A stretch of 64,000 bases of DNA from Alphaproteobacteria bacterium. Lineage in GTDB: Bacteria > Pseudomonadota > Alphaproteobacteria > Rs-D84. The notes under the pieces are model-generated. The model saw nothing but the letters and a program-made list of their open reading frames with translations, had not been told where the DNA came from and ran no database searches. The translations under genes were made by a program, and so were the position numbers. This document shows, piece after piece, positions 28,579-36,602 of the stretch. How positions within the stretch are numbered: position 1 is the first letter of the stretch; every line of letters starts with the position of its first letter. The stretch spans positions 19,605-83,604 of the forward strand of contig SUUO01000002.1 of the NCBI GenBank assembly GCA_015062485.1, written 5' to 3'.

Positions 28579-30099
28579 ATGTTTACAATAAAAGGCAAAA
28601 CGTGTGATTGGGAACTGGTAATTGGACTTGAAACACATATCGAAGTACTGTCCAATTCTAAATTATTTAGTGGCGCATCCGCCGACTATAATCCAACCGT
28701 TTCACCCAACACCCAGGTTTCAATGGTTGACGTTGCAATGCCCGGTATGTTGCCGGTATTAAATGAATATTGCGTTGAACAGGCTATCAAGTTCGGCCTG
28801 GGGATAAACGCCGAGATTTCACGCCACAGTCGTTTTGCACGTAAACAGTATTTTTACCCTGACCTGCCCCAGGGGTATCAGATTTCACAACCCGCCGACG
28901 AACCGCCCGTTGTCGGTCGCGGCTGGGTTGAAATTATGGGCGACGACGGTAACCCCAAGAAGATATTTATTGAACGTGCACATTTGGAACAAGATGCCGG
29001 TAAATTAAAGCACGATGTTCACCCATCAAAATCCTTTGCGGACTATAACCGTACGGGTGTTGCCCTGCTTGAAATTGTGACATTCCTGGACGTAAAAAAT
29101 CCAGAAAACAATTCATATATCTCATCCCCAGACGAGGCCGAACGCTATCTGCGTGAAATTCGTGAAATTGCACGCGCCCTGGGCGTATCACGCGCAAATA
29201 TGGAAGAAGGCTCTATGCGTGCCGACGTAAATGTATCGGTTCGTCCGGTGGGTTCAACCGAATTCCGCACCCGCACAGAAACAAAAAATATGGTTTCATT
29301 TAAATTCATTAAATCCGCCATTGAATACGAGGCCCGTCGTCAAATCGAGGCATACGAAAACGGTGGCACCGTCACCCAGGATACAATGCGCTATAACCAG
29401 GGCGACGGCACTACATCCGTAATGCGCAGCAAAGAAGACGCCCTGGACTATCGTTATTTTCCAGATCCTGACTTGTTACCGGTGGAAATTGACGACGAAA
29501 CAATTGAACGCATTCGCGCGAACCTGCCGGAATTACCATCCGCAACACGCGCGCGCTATACGCACGATTTCGGGCTGTCTGAATATGACGCGGCGCGCCT
29601 GACCGAAACAACGGATATCTCGCATTGGTATGATACGGCCGTTGCCGGCAACGCAACCCGTGCCAAGGGGGTTGCCAACTGGATGATAAGTGAATTATTC
29701 GCACACCCTGAAAACTGGGATGTAAAAAACGAAAAATCTGGTGTTGTAGATGAAATGCGTATCATCACGCCATCTGATTTGGCCGAACTGGTTGATATGT
29801 TGGGCGAAAACACAATTAACGGCAAACAGGCCAAAGAAATATTTATCAAAATGTTAGACGGCGAATCCGGCACACCACGTGAAATCGCAGATAAATTCGG
29901 TATGAAACAAATGACCGACACGGGCGCGATAGAATCAATCGTTGACGAAGTAATCGCCAAAAACCCGGCCCAGGTTGAACAGTATAAATCTGGCAAGGTT
30001 GGATTGCTGGGCTTCTTTGTTGGCAATGTGATGAAAGCAACCGGTGGCACCGCAAATCCAGCCGTTGTAAATGAAATCTTGCGAAATAAACTGGCATAA
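28579..30099 (+). CDS. gatB: Glutamyl/aspartyl-tRNA amidotransferase subunit B
   Basis: WELVIGLETHIEV..., ...YFYPDLPQGYQISQ... and a C-terminal YqeY-like tail (GKVGLLGFFVGNVMKATGGTANP). Confidence 0.95.
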   Translation: MFTIKGKTCDWELVIGLETHIEVLSNSKLFSGASADYNPTVSPNTQVSMVDVAMPGMLPVLNEYCVEQAIKFGLGINAEISRHSRFARKQYFYPDLPQGYQISQPADEPPVVGRGWVEIMGDDGNPKKIFIERAHLEQDAGKLKHDVHPSKSFADYNRTGVALLEIVTFLDVKNPENNSYISSPDEAERYLREIREIARALGVSRANMEEGSMRADVNVSVRPVGSTEFRTRTETKNMVSFKFIKSAIEYEARRQIEAYENGGTVTQDTMRYNQGDGTTSVMRSKEDALDYRYFPDPDLLPVEIDDETIERIRANLPELPSATRARYTHDFGLSEYDAARLTETTDISHWYDTAVAGNATRAKGVANWMISELFAHPENWDVKNEKSGVVDEMRIITPSDLAELVDMLGENTINGKQAKEIFIKMLDGESGTPREIADKFGMKQMTDTGAIESIVDEVIAKNPAQVEQYKSGKVGLLGFFVGNVMKATGGTANPAVVNEILRNKLA

Positions 30100-30101
30100 C
30101 A

Positions 30102-30320
30102 ATGACAATAGAAGATTTGGCAAAACAATTAATAGAATGCAGAGGACTTGAATTGTACAGACTATTGCAGATATTAAAAGAAATGAGAACAGATGAGGCT
30201 CGCGCCAAGGTACGCGCCCGCGAACGTGAATACGCCGCTAAACAGGCTTGGCGCAAATGCAATGCAAAATATCGCCAAATTCAGCATCAATTTAAACACA
30301 CACATACGAAAAAAATATAA
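30102..30320 (+). CDS. Small basic hypothetical protein (72 aa)
   Basis: ORF starts 2 nt after the gatB stop. No clear RBS, and coding status is uncertain. Confidence 0.3.
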   Translation: MTIEDLAKQLIECRGLELYRLLQILKEMRTDEARAKVRAREREYAAKQAWRKCNAKYRQIQHQFKHTHTKKI

Positions 30321-30340
30321 ACCAAAAAAAGGGGTAAATT

Positions 30341-30523
30341 ATGTCTAAAAAAAATACACGAAACGTAATTGTTGCAACAACAGATCCAATCTTGGGAACG
30401 ACATACAAAACACAACCTGTTGCAACCATATCCGAAGACATCGTACACGCACAAAAACAATATAAAAACATCAAAACACAGCAAACACACAAAGTACGCG
30501 GTGAACGCACTAAAAACAAATAA
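30341..30523 (+). CDS. Small basic hypothetical protein (60 aa)
   Basis: Good AAGGGG RBS 7 nt upstream. The ORF ends 2 nt before miaB. Confidence 0.4.
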   Translation: MSKKNTRNVIVATTDPILGTTYKTQPVATISEDIVHAQKQYKNIKTQQTHKVRGERTKNK

Positions 30524-30525
30524 TA

Positions 30526-31836
30526 ATGCCAATGAAAAAATTCTTTATTCAAACATTTGGTTGCCAAATGAACGTCTATGACGGATGGCGTATTGCAACA
30601 ATGCTGGAACACCACGGTTTCGTGCGTACAGACGACGTTTCCGACGCCGACATAATCATTCTGAATACGTGTGCTGTTCGTGCGAAAGCCACCGACAAAG
30701 TCTATTCCGCCCTGGGCCGCATCAGACGTGCAAAAAAGCCATCTGCACTGATGGGAATCGTCGGATGCGTTGCCCGCGAATCGGGGGCCGATGCTTTTCG
30801 ACGTGTACCCGATTTGAATTTTGTTTTGGGGCCGCAATCCTATCACAAATTACCGGAAATTCTTAATAACCCAGATGCCAAATTATTGAATATCGATTTG
30901 GGTGGCCTGGAAAAATTTGATTCCCTGCCCCAGATGGTGAAATCACCAACTGTTTCATATATTCCAATCCAAGAGGGCTGCAATCATTGTTGCACATACT
31001 GTATCGTTCCATACACACGTGGCCGCGAAATATCACGCAAATTTGAAGACTGTGTACGTGATACAATTCACGCCGCCAAAACAGGTGCGGTGGAAATTTG
31101 TTTCCTGGGGCAAAATGTAAATGGTTATAAATACACCGATGAAAACGGACACACATATCGCCTGTCGGATCTTATACAAGAAGCCGCAAAAATCCCGGAA
31201 ATAATGCGTATACGCTTTACATCCAGTTATCCAACTGAAATGACAGATGACCTGATTGAAATGTTTCGAACAGAGCCCAAGTTATTGCCATTTTTAAATA
31301 TGCCAATCCAAAGTGGCGCCCCCGACGTTCTGAAACGCATGAACCGCCCCTATGATTTGGATCAATATTTAACCATTATTAAAAAATTACGCTGTGCGCG
31401 TTCTGACATTCAAATCTCGTCTGATTTTATTGTTGGGTTTCCCGGCGAAACCGATTCGGATTTTGAACAAACGGTCGATATTGCAAAACGTGTTGGATAT
31501 ATCAATTCATACTGTTTCAAGTATTCACCGCGTCCACATACCGCCGCCGCCATTATGCCAGATCAAATCCCAGAAAATATTAAATCAGATCGCCTGGCAA
31601 TCCTGGACACGACATTAAATGAAATCCAACGCGCCTTTAACGAAAGTTGCGTGGGCAAAACACTATCCTGTCTGTGCGAAGGGGTCGATAAAACGGGCCG
31701 TCATTTGGTCTATCGCACGCCATATATGCAGCAATGCATTGTTGCCCGCCCCGACACGGGCGATGCGCCAACATTGGCCAACATTGAAATTACCGCCGCA
31801 AACAAGGCATCCCTGCGTGGTAAAATTGCTAAATAA
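30526..31836 (+). CDS. miaB: tRNA-i6A37 methylthiotransferase MiaB
   Basis: N-terminal UPF0004 Cys triad (FGCQMN..NTCAVR..GC), radical-SAM motif (CNHCCTYCIVP) and a C-terminal TRAM domain. Confidence 0.9.
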   Translation: MPMKKFFIQTFGCQMNVYDGWRIATMLEHHGFVRTDDVSDADIIILNTCAVRAKATDKVYSALGRIRRAKKPSALMGIVGCVARESGADAFRRVPDLNFVLGPQSYHKLPEILNNPDAKLLNIDLGGLEKFDSLPQMVKSPTVSYIPIQEGCNHCCTYCIVPYTRGREISRKFEDCVRDTIHAAKTGAVEICFLGQNVNGYKYTDENGHTYRLSDLIQEAAKIPEIMRIRFTSSYPTEMTDDLIEMFRTEPKLLPFLNMPIQSGAPDVLKRMNRPYDLDQYLTIIKKLRCARSDIQISSDFIVGFPGETDSDFEQTVDIAKRVGYINSYCFKYSPRPHTAAAIMPDQIPENIKSDRLAILDTTLNEIQRAFNESCVGKTLSCLCEGVDKTGRHLVYRTPYMQQCIVARPDTGDAPTLANIEITAANKASLRGKIAK

Positions 31837-31841
31837 TTAAA

Positions 31842-33380
31842 TTAAAATTTTAAATCTATACCGGCGGTGATTTTATATCCCCGCCCATTTTTATTGTCTA
31901 TGCAATCAATTCCAACGTGTCCACCAATCATATCCATATCAGACATAAAATGCGCACGACCACCAACAACTAAATCACCATTCGACCCCAAACCAAAGCG
32001 CACACCATAGTCATATTTTATCCCCAACATTTCAAAGGAATAACTAACATCTGTACCAATACGCCCGAAATACTTTGTTTCCGCATCACGCAATATTTCT
32101 ATATGATTTGTGCCAATTCCAACATATGGCGCAACAGATAAATCGTTTATCGGTCTAAAATTATGACCGGCATCAATCGCGCCATATAGCGAATACCCAA
32201 CCGGATTATCAACTGATTCGATCCCATCAAATACATTCGCCATATCAAAACGCGTTATATTTCCACCAACCTTCCCGCGCAAGAACCCAAAATCATTTTC
32301 ATATTTACCCACTAAATTTGCGCCAATCATAAAACCCGAATATTCTTCAAACGAATCGGTGGCATTTAACAGATTAGCATAAACCCCAACCCCCGCGCCC
32401 ATTTGACCAACATTTATACCACCACGCAACACGGCGCCATAAATCGCCGTATCTTCGAACAACATATAAGATGCACCAAATGTGTTTTCATAATTAAAAT
32501 CATTCATATCAAACACATTAAATGCCGTTACAGAATCCATCATATTTATTGGTGCTATACGCACGGAATCCGCCATTATTTTATTTATATCATCCATCGA
32601 TAGCGCATTATCCAATGCCACAACCAATCCATTTGCCCCATCATCGGCACGCAACGAATTTATAAACAACCCAAGATTAGAATCTAAAAATTTTGTATAA
32701 TCTGTTTCCCGAATAAATTTGACATATGTATTATCATTTTCAACAAAAGTCTTCATCGCAAACAATGGATTTATCCGTCCGCCAGACACAACCTGAACAT
32801 ATGTATCCGGGGATACATCCATCAAAATTGGCACATTCAAAATCGATTCGATATTATCCAGCCCCAATCTTATATCCCCATCCAGACTAAGATTATGCGA
32901 ATTAATATTCCCCACATCCCACAGAACAAACGAATCGCGTAAATAAATCTTGCGCGCGGCATCCCCCACACGCATAACATCTGACAAATTTATACCATCG
33001 GCATTAACAACCAGGATATCGTAATCAACATTAAAATCTATTGCATTCAAATCCCTATTATCAGAAACAACCTGAACAACACTTGCGTTATTTCCCAATT
33101 TAAAAGATGCGTTAAAACCGCCCCGATTATATATTTCGAGCTTGCAATTATCACAAACATCAATTTGTCCAGAAACGAACACATCACCAGAATTTTCCAG
33201 AACGCGTGATCCAACCAACACGATATCTGGCACATTAAATTCTGCATACGAATGAACCACCACATCTTTATCCATAAGATATGTAGTGTTTTTAATAACC
33301 GTGCCATAAATATCGTACGCTATGCTGTCCAAAATCTTTTCTCTGATTTCAAACACTAGCACATAAGAAAACAATCCCAA
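31842..33380 (-). CDS. Autotransporter beta-barrel protein, apparently lacking a signal peptide (possibly 5'-truncated)
   Basis: The C-terminal ~270 aa show an alternating beta-strand pattern ending ...GYKITAGIDLKF. The N-terminus (TTG start, GLFSYVLVFEIREK) has no signal peptide, and an in-frame stop lies immediately upstream. Confidence 0.55.
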   Translation of the reverse strand: MGLFSYVLVFEIREKILDSIAYDIYGTVIKNTTYLMDKDVVVHSYAEFNVPDIVLVGSRVLENSGDVFVSGQIDVCDNCKLEIYNRGGFNASFKLGNNASVVQVVSDNRDLNAIDFNVDYDILVVNADGINLSDVMRVGDAARKIYLRDSFVLWDVGNINSHNLSLDGDIRLGLDNIESILNVPILMDVSPDTYVQVVSGGRINPLFAMKTFVENDNTYVKFIRETDYTKFLDSNLGLFINSLRADDGANGLVVALDNALSMDDINKIMADSVRIAPINMMDSVTAFNVFDMNDFNYENTFGASYMLFEDTAIYGAVLRGGINVGQMGAGVGVYANLLNATDSFEEYSGFMIGANLVGKYENDFGFLRGKVGGNITRFDMANVFDGIESVDNPVGYSLYGAIDAGHNFRPINDLSVAPYVGIGTNHIEILRDAETKYFGRIGTDVSYSFEMLGIKYDYGVRFGLGSNGDLVVGGRAHFMSDMDMIGGHVGIDCIDNKNGRGYKITAGIDLKF

Positions 33381-33391
33381 AGTAAAAACAA

Positions 33392-33420
33392 AAATAATCC
33401 CGGAACAATCCGGGATTTAT
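33392..33420 (-). terminator. Intrinsic terminator
   Basis: AATCCCGG-AACAA-TCCGGGATT, with a T-rich tract on the minus strand downstream of ORF 33442-33993. Confidence 0.55.
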
Positions 33421-33441
33421 GTTTATGCATCACAATAAATA

Positions 33442-33993
33442 TTATTTTTCTAATTTGCCCCATCCGGCTTTATAGCCACCGTCACGTTCCAGCCAGATTT
33501 TTGCACCGTTTAATTGTGCGGCACTCATACCCTGAATCATAAACGTTTGGTCTAATTTACGGCTCATACCGGTTTCAAGCATTGGCAACTTAACATTGAT
33601 TGGTGTTTTGTTACAGCACCCTGTTTCACCATATGCACATACGCCGCACTTGGCCAATTTAATTGTATATGGTACACCCGGGCGCAGGTCTTTCAAATCA
33701 ACAACCATTTTCAAGCCATTGTCAGTATCGTGGAATTTGATATGCCCCATATAAGATGTACCACCGTGACTGCTGCGTGTGTACATTTTTGCATAAACTT
33801 TATCAACATCGGCGTTTTCATATGTCTGATACACCACAACCGTATCACTTTCAATCATTTCAACCGGCTGTGCATATACCGCCTTTTTATGATGATGCAC
33901 TTTCTTTTCTGGACATCCCGTACAGGCACTTAACAGCGCTGCAACACCCAACACAGATGCAAACATAAACATTTTTTTCATTGCGTTTTTCAT
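33442..33993 (-). CDS. Lipoprotein with Cu,Zn-superoxide-dismutase-like fold lacking the His ligands
   Basis: Lipobox (LSAC). GHIKFHDTDNGLKMVVDLKDLRPGVPYTIKLAKCGVC aligns with the SodC pattern G.v.F.e...G......L..L.PG.HGFHiHe.G.C, but HGFHIHE is replaced by YTIKLAK. Confidence 0.4.
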   Translation of the reverse strand: MKNAMKKMFMFASVLGVAALLSACTGCPEKKVHHHKKAVYAQPVEMIESDTVVVYQTYENADVDKVYAKMYTRSSHGGTSYMGHIKFHDTDNGLKMVVDLKDLRPGVPYTIKLAKCGVCAYGETGCCNKTPINVKLPMLETGMSRKLDQTFMIQGMSAAQLNGAKIWLERDGGYKAGWGKLEK

Positions 33994-34183
33994 AAGAGTT
34001 CTCCTTTTGTTCCTTATGGTTACGCAACATATTGTATAACAAAAAACCTTACTTTTCGCCAGGTATGATTACCTAAAAAATGGCGGATTTTATGCGTATA
34101 GCGTGGGAATAGACACCTGTATTTTTACTTATAGAAAATTGATATTTTATACACACATAACAAACAACAAAAAAGGATACAAG

Positions 34184-34543
34184 ATGTATATACTTATGCA
34201 ACATTTAATCGCGTTTAAATACGCCTGTAAAATAAATCATTGGTCAACCGATTCGTATTCAGAACATTTATTATACGACCGTCTGACCGAAGATCTGGAT
34301 ACATTTGCAGACAACATTGCCGAATCGCACTTTATGGCATTAAATAAAAAAAATATATTTAAACCCGACTTGTTAAATCCAAAATTGATAAGCAAAGATT
34401 TGGTAAAGATGTGCGACACAATTATTGAATATTTGGAAAAGTTGCAAAACGATGATGATTTAAACGAAGGGGACCTGTCACTGCTTGGGGATATCGAATC
34501 GGCATTCCTGGGGAAACTGGCCCTGGCTAAATTAACGAAATAA
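34184..34543 (+). CDS. Small ferritin/Dps-like helical protein (weak)
   Basis: LIAFKYACKINHWSTDSYSEHLLYDRLTEDLDTFADNIAESHF resembles the Dps helix A/B pattern (..HW.v.G..f..lH......d.iAE). AAAGGA RBS is present. Confidence 0.35.
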   Translation: MYILMQHLIAFKYACKINHWSTDSYSEHLLYDRLTEDLDTFADNIAESHFMALNKKNIFKPDLLNPKLISKDLVKMCDTIIEYLEKLQNDDDLNEGDLSLLGDIESAFLGKLALAKLTK

Positions 34544-34574
34544 AAACACCCCACATAAAAGTGGGGTATTTTTA
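34543..34574 (+). terminator. Intrinsic terminator
   Basis: AAAAACACCCCAC-ATAAAA-GTGGGGTATTTTT. Confidence 0.7.
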
Positions 34575-34589
34575 TATCACACAATAACA

Positions 34590-34620
34590 TATAAAACGCC
34601 GGCAAAATCTGCCGGCGCCC
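34590..34620 (-). terminator. Intrinsic terminator downstream of the OMP gene
   Basis: GCCGGC-AAAATCT-GCCGGC, with a T-tract on the minus strand. Confidence 0.6.
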
Positions 34621-34640
34621 ATATGAACGAAATGTCATAC

Positions 34641-35252
34641 TTAGAACATAAAGCGGATACCAACATCGCCACCAAAATTATGCAGACCTGAATTAACATC
34701 TACATAGTTATAGCGTGCGGCCAAATCAACAGCGAAACGTTTCATATCAAACGTCACACCCATTGTTCCCATTGCTGAAAACGATGTCTTGCTGTTGCCG
34801 TGATGTGGAACCAATGTACCGCTGCGTGTGATATCTGTGAACGCAACACCGGCACCCATACCAAAGAATGGACGAACAATTTCATACGGTCCAAATTCCC
34901 AATAACCGTTCATTAACAATGTCTGCATTTTCGCTTTAATTTTTGCATCGCCGACACTGCCAAAGTTTTCGGTATCTTCCAATTTACCGAATATAGACCA
35001 TTCGATTTCAGCGCGCATTTTATCACAAACTTCTAAACCCAACGCTGCACGACCTTGCAGAACCGTATCCGTCAAAGATTCTTTTTGCCCGTTATAGCGA
35101 TAGTTTAAGTTTGTATATGATGCACCACCACGTAAACCGACATATGGGTCCATACCCCACATTGTCCAACTGCTGCCCTGGTTTGGGTTATTCATAGCGA
35201 ACGCGGGGCACGCCAATAACACCGCCAGTGTTGATATTGCTAATTTTTTCAT
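34641..35252 (-). CDS. Small outer-membrane beta-barrel protein (OmpA-like/Omp25-type 8-strand barrel)
   Basis: Signal peptide (LLACPAFA), alternating aromatic beta-strands and a C-terminal ...GGDVGIRFMF. Confidence 0.6.
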   Translation of the reverse strand: MKKLAISTLAVLLACPAFAMNNPNQGSSWTMWGMDPYVGLRGGASYTNLNYRYNGQKESLTDTVLQGRAALGLEVCDKMRAEIEWSIFGKLEDTENFGSVGDAKIKAKMQTLLMNGYWEFGPYEIVRPFFGMGAGVAFTDITRSGTLVPHHGNSKTSFSAMGTMGVTFDMKRFAVDLAARYNYVDVNSGLHNFGGDVGIRFMF

Positions 35253-35380
35253 TTTCTCTCCTTTTATAGATTTTGTTTTTTTGTGTTTTTCGTTTCATGT
35301 CAACACCCTAATTCTATCAATCGAATATAAATATTTGCATAGGTATGAATCCCTGGGGAAAGTATCAAAGGATAAGAAAT

Positions 35381-35410
35381 AAAAAACGGCCACACCGTGA
35401 CCGTTTATTT
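35381..35410 (-). terminator. Intrinsic terminator (copy A of a duplicated terminator)
   Basis: The minus strand reads ACGGTCAC-GGT-GTGGCCGT followed by TTTTTT. It is near-identical to 35565-35590. Confidence 0.65.
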
Positions 35411-35412
35411 CT

Positions 35413-35563
35413 GGTGGACTTTGCTTGGGACTGTAAATCCCCATATTCGCATTCGCTCTATGGGCCCCATTCACTACGTAAGACTCGAACGGCGCAGTTG
35501 CTTGTTCTCGTCAACTGGCGTTCCGAACCCTTTTACGGGTTCTCGTCCGCTTGGTCCAAACCA
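35413..35563 (-). pseudogene. Decayed tRNA-Lys-like duplicate / tRNA-like RNA ending in GTCCACCA
   Basis: The minus-strand segment carries fragments matching the adjacent tRNA-Lys (AGCAACTG, GTTCGAGTC, AGTCCC...GTCCACCA). It is followed by a second copy of the tRNA terminator. No complete cloverleaf can be drawn. Confidence 0.4.
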
Positions 35564-35564
35564 T

Positions 35565-35590
35565 AAAAAAACGGCCACACCTGTGACCGT
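35565..35590 (-). terminator. Intrinsic terminator of tRNA-Lys (copy B)
   Basis: The minus strand reads ACGGTCAC-AGGT-GTGGCCGT followed by TTTTTTT. Confidence 0.7.
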
Positions 35591-35597
35591 TTATTTA

Positions 35598-35673
35598 TGG
35601 TGGACGCGCAGGGACTCGAACCCTGGACCCACTGATTAAGAGTCAGTTGCTCTACCAACTGAGCTACGCATCC
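35598..35673 (-). tRNA. tRNA-Lys (CTT), CCA encoded
   Basis: The minus strand GGATGCGTAGCTCAGTTGGTAGAGCAACTGACTCTTAATCAGTGGGTCCAGGGTTCGAGTCCCTGCGCGTCCACCA folds into a canonical cloverleaf. Confidence 0.95.
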
Positions 35674-35704
35674 AGAACTGAAATTCTTTTTCAGAACGGG
35701 GCTA

Positions 35705-35732
35705 ATTATAGACATTTTTACACAAAATGCAA
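35705..35732 (-). promoter_or_regulatory. Sigma-70-like promoter of tRNA-Lys
   Basis: The minus strand reads TTGCAT-N16-TATAAT, about 30 nt upstream of the tRNA 5' end. Confidence 0.5.
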
Positions 35733-35753
35733 GTTTTTATATCGTTTACAAGA

Positions 35754-36362
35754 TCACTCTTCATAAAAGCAAGTTCCATTTAATAAAAACCTACCACTTT
35801 CATCTGCGTACACGCCACCATCATAATCTTCAAACCAACAATCTGATGCAGATGTTGAATTATAGTCTGAATATACACTTCCACAATAGCCATCAACACA
35901 ATCAAAATCCGTTCCTGGGCAAGACTCTAATCCATACGAATTAAAAAAACTCCCCGATTGTTGTACCGACGCATATATATCCCCATAACTAACCGATATA
36001 TTCACCCCGGGACAATATCCATAGGTACAATCCGATTCATAAAAATTAACATCTGCATTCTCTGAAACACTCAAGGTTGCATACATACCCGCATCCACAT
36101 CAATAACAATATTACAATCGGTATCAATATCATCTATGGTCCACAAAAAACCATCCCAGTCACTATCATCTAAAACATCCGAACATAAAACACCATTATA
36201 TTCTATATCTTCAATCAACATACAACTGGTCCCATAATAGTTATTAACCTCATATCCATCATTCACACTATACATCGTACACGGCGTCAACCACCGCCCA
36301 GCCTTTGTATCAAAAATTACCACCGACATTATCAAGCAACCAAATATAAGAATCTTTTTCAC
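35754..36362 (-). CDS. Secreted acidic cysteine-rich protein (202 aa), hypothetical
   Basis: GTG start after an AAGGGGG RBS. Signal-like N-terminus (MKKILIFGCLIMSVVIF), 13 Cys, D/E/Y/G/S-rich, ends ...GTCFYEE. Confidence 0.6.
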   Translation of the reverse strand: MKKILIFGCLIMSVVIFDTKAGRWLTPCTMYSVNDGYEVNNYYGTSCMLIEDIEYNGVLCSDVLDDSDWDGFLWTIDDIDTDCNIVIDVDAGMYATLSVSENADVNFYESDCTYGYCPGVNISVSYGDIYASVQQSGSFFNSYGLESCPGTDFDCVDGYCGSVYSDYNSTSASDCWFEDYDGGVYADESGRFLLNGTCFYEE

Positions 36363-36565
36363 AGTTCGCCCCCTTGCATTTTTTCAAGAAAAAACCACCA
36401 AATCCGGTGGCAGGAGGTTCGTAACTATTAAAATGGAAATAGTGCCGTGCCTTCAATATATAACACGGACCCTCCTGCCTTTTTTGTATTGCAGGAGTCC
36501 TTTACCGTCCCTACGGACGCCATTTTATAAGGGTTACGACACCCCGAACCATCCAAGTGATTCAT
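36363..36565 (-). promoter_or_regulatory. Structured 5' leader, family copy 1 (three-way junction + alternative hairpin + terminator)
   Basis: P1 is GGCAGGAGG (36480-36472) paired with CCUCCUGCC (36418-36410). P2 is CCGUG/CACGG and P3 is ACUAUU/AAUAGU. The terminator is CCACC-GGAUUU-GGUGG-U6. Upstream GGACUCCUGC (36501-36492) can pair with the P1 5' strand instead. Confidence 0.6.
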
Positions 36566-36570
36566 ACCAA

Positions 36571-36599
36571 TTATATTAGTTTTTATATATTATGGCAAG
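36571..36599 (-). promoter_or_regulatory. Sigma-70-like promoter driving leader copy 1
   Basis: The minus strand reads TTGCCA-N17-TATAAT. Confidence 0.6.
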
Positions 36600-36602
36600 T
36601 TT

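Noticed and set aside
35413-35563. Possible tmRNA (ssrA). The RNA ends in ...GUCCACCA with discriminator A and U at position 70, as needed for a G3-U70 pair. It has a GACGAGAAC... stretch reminiscent of tag-coding regions, followed by a double stop (UAG UGA).
   Set aside because: No 5' GGG... strand is present to form the acceptor stem. The putative T-loop (UUUACAG) is non-canonical. The only ORF would encode ...RRSSLT, which lacks the hydrophobic Ala-rich end typical of tags. At about 150 nt the segment is far shorter than a tmRNA. Fragmentary identity to the neighbouring tRNA-Lys fits a decayed duplicate better. It should still be tested with ARAGORN or Infernal.
36415-36567. A 50-codon ORF (MNHLDGSGCRNPYKMASVG...) starting at the predicted transcription start of leader copy 1, considered as a possible leader peptide.
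   Set aside because: It is not conserved. The equivalent positions in copies 2 and 3 give ATG-TGA and a 5-codon ORF. No RBS is present.
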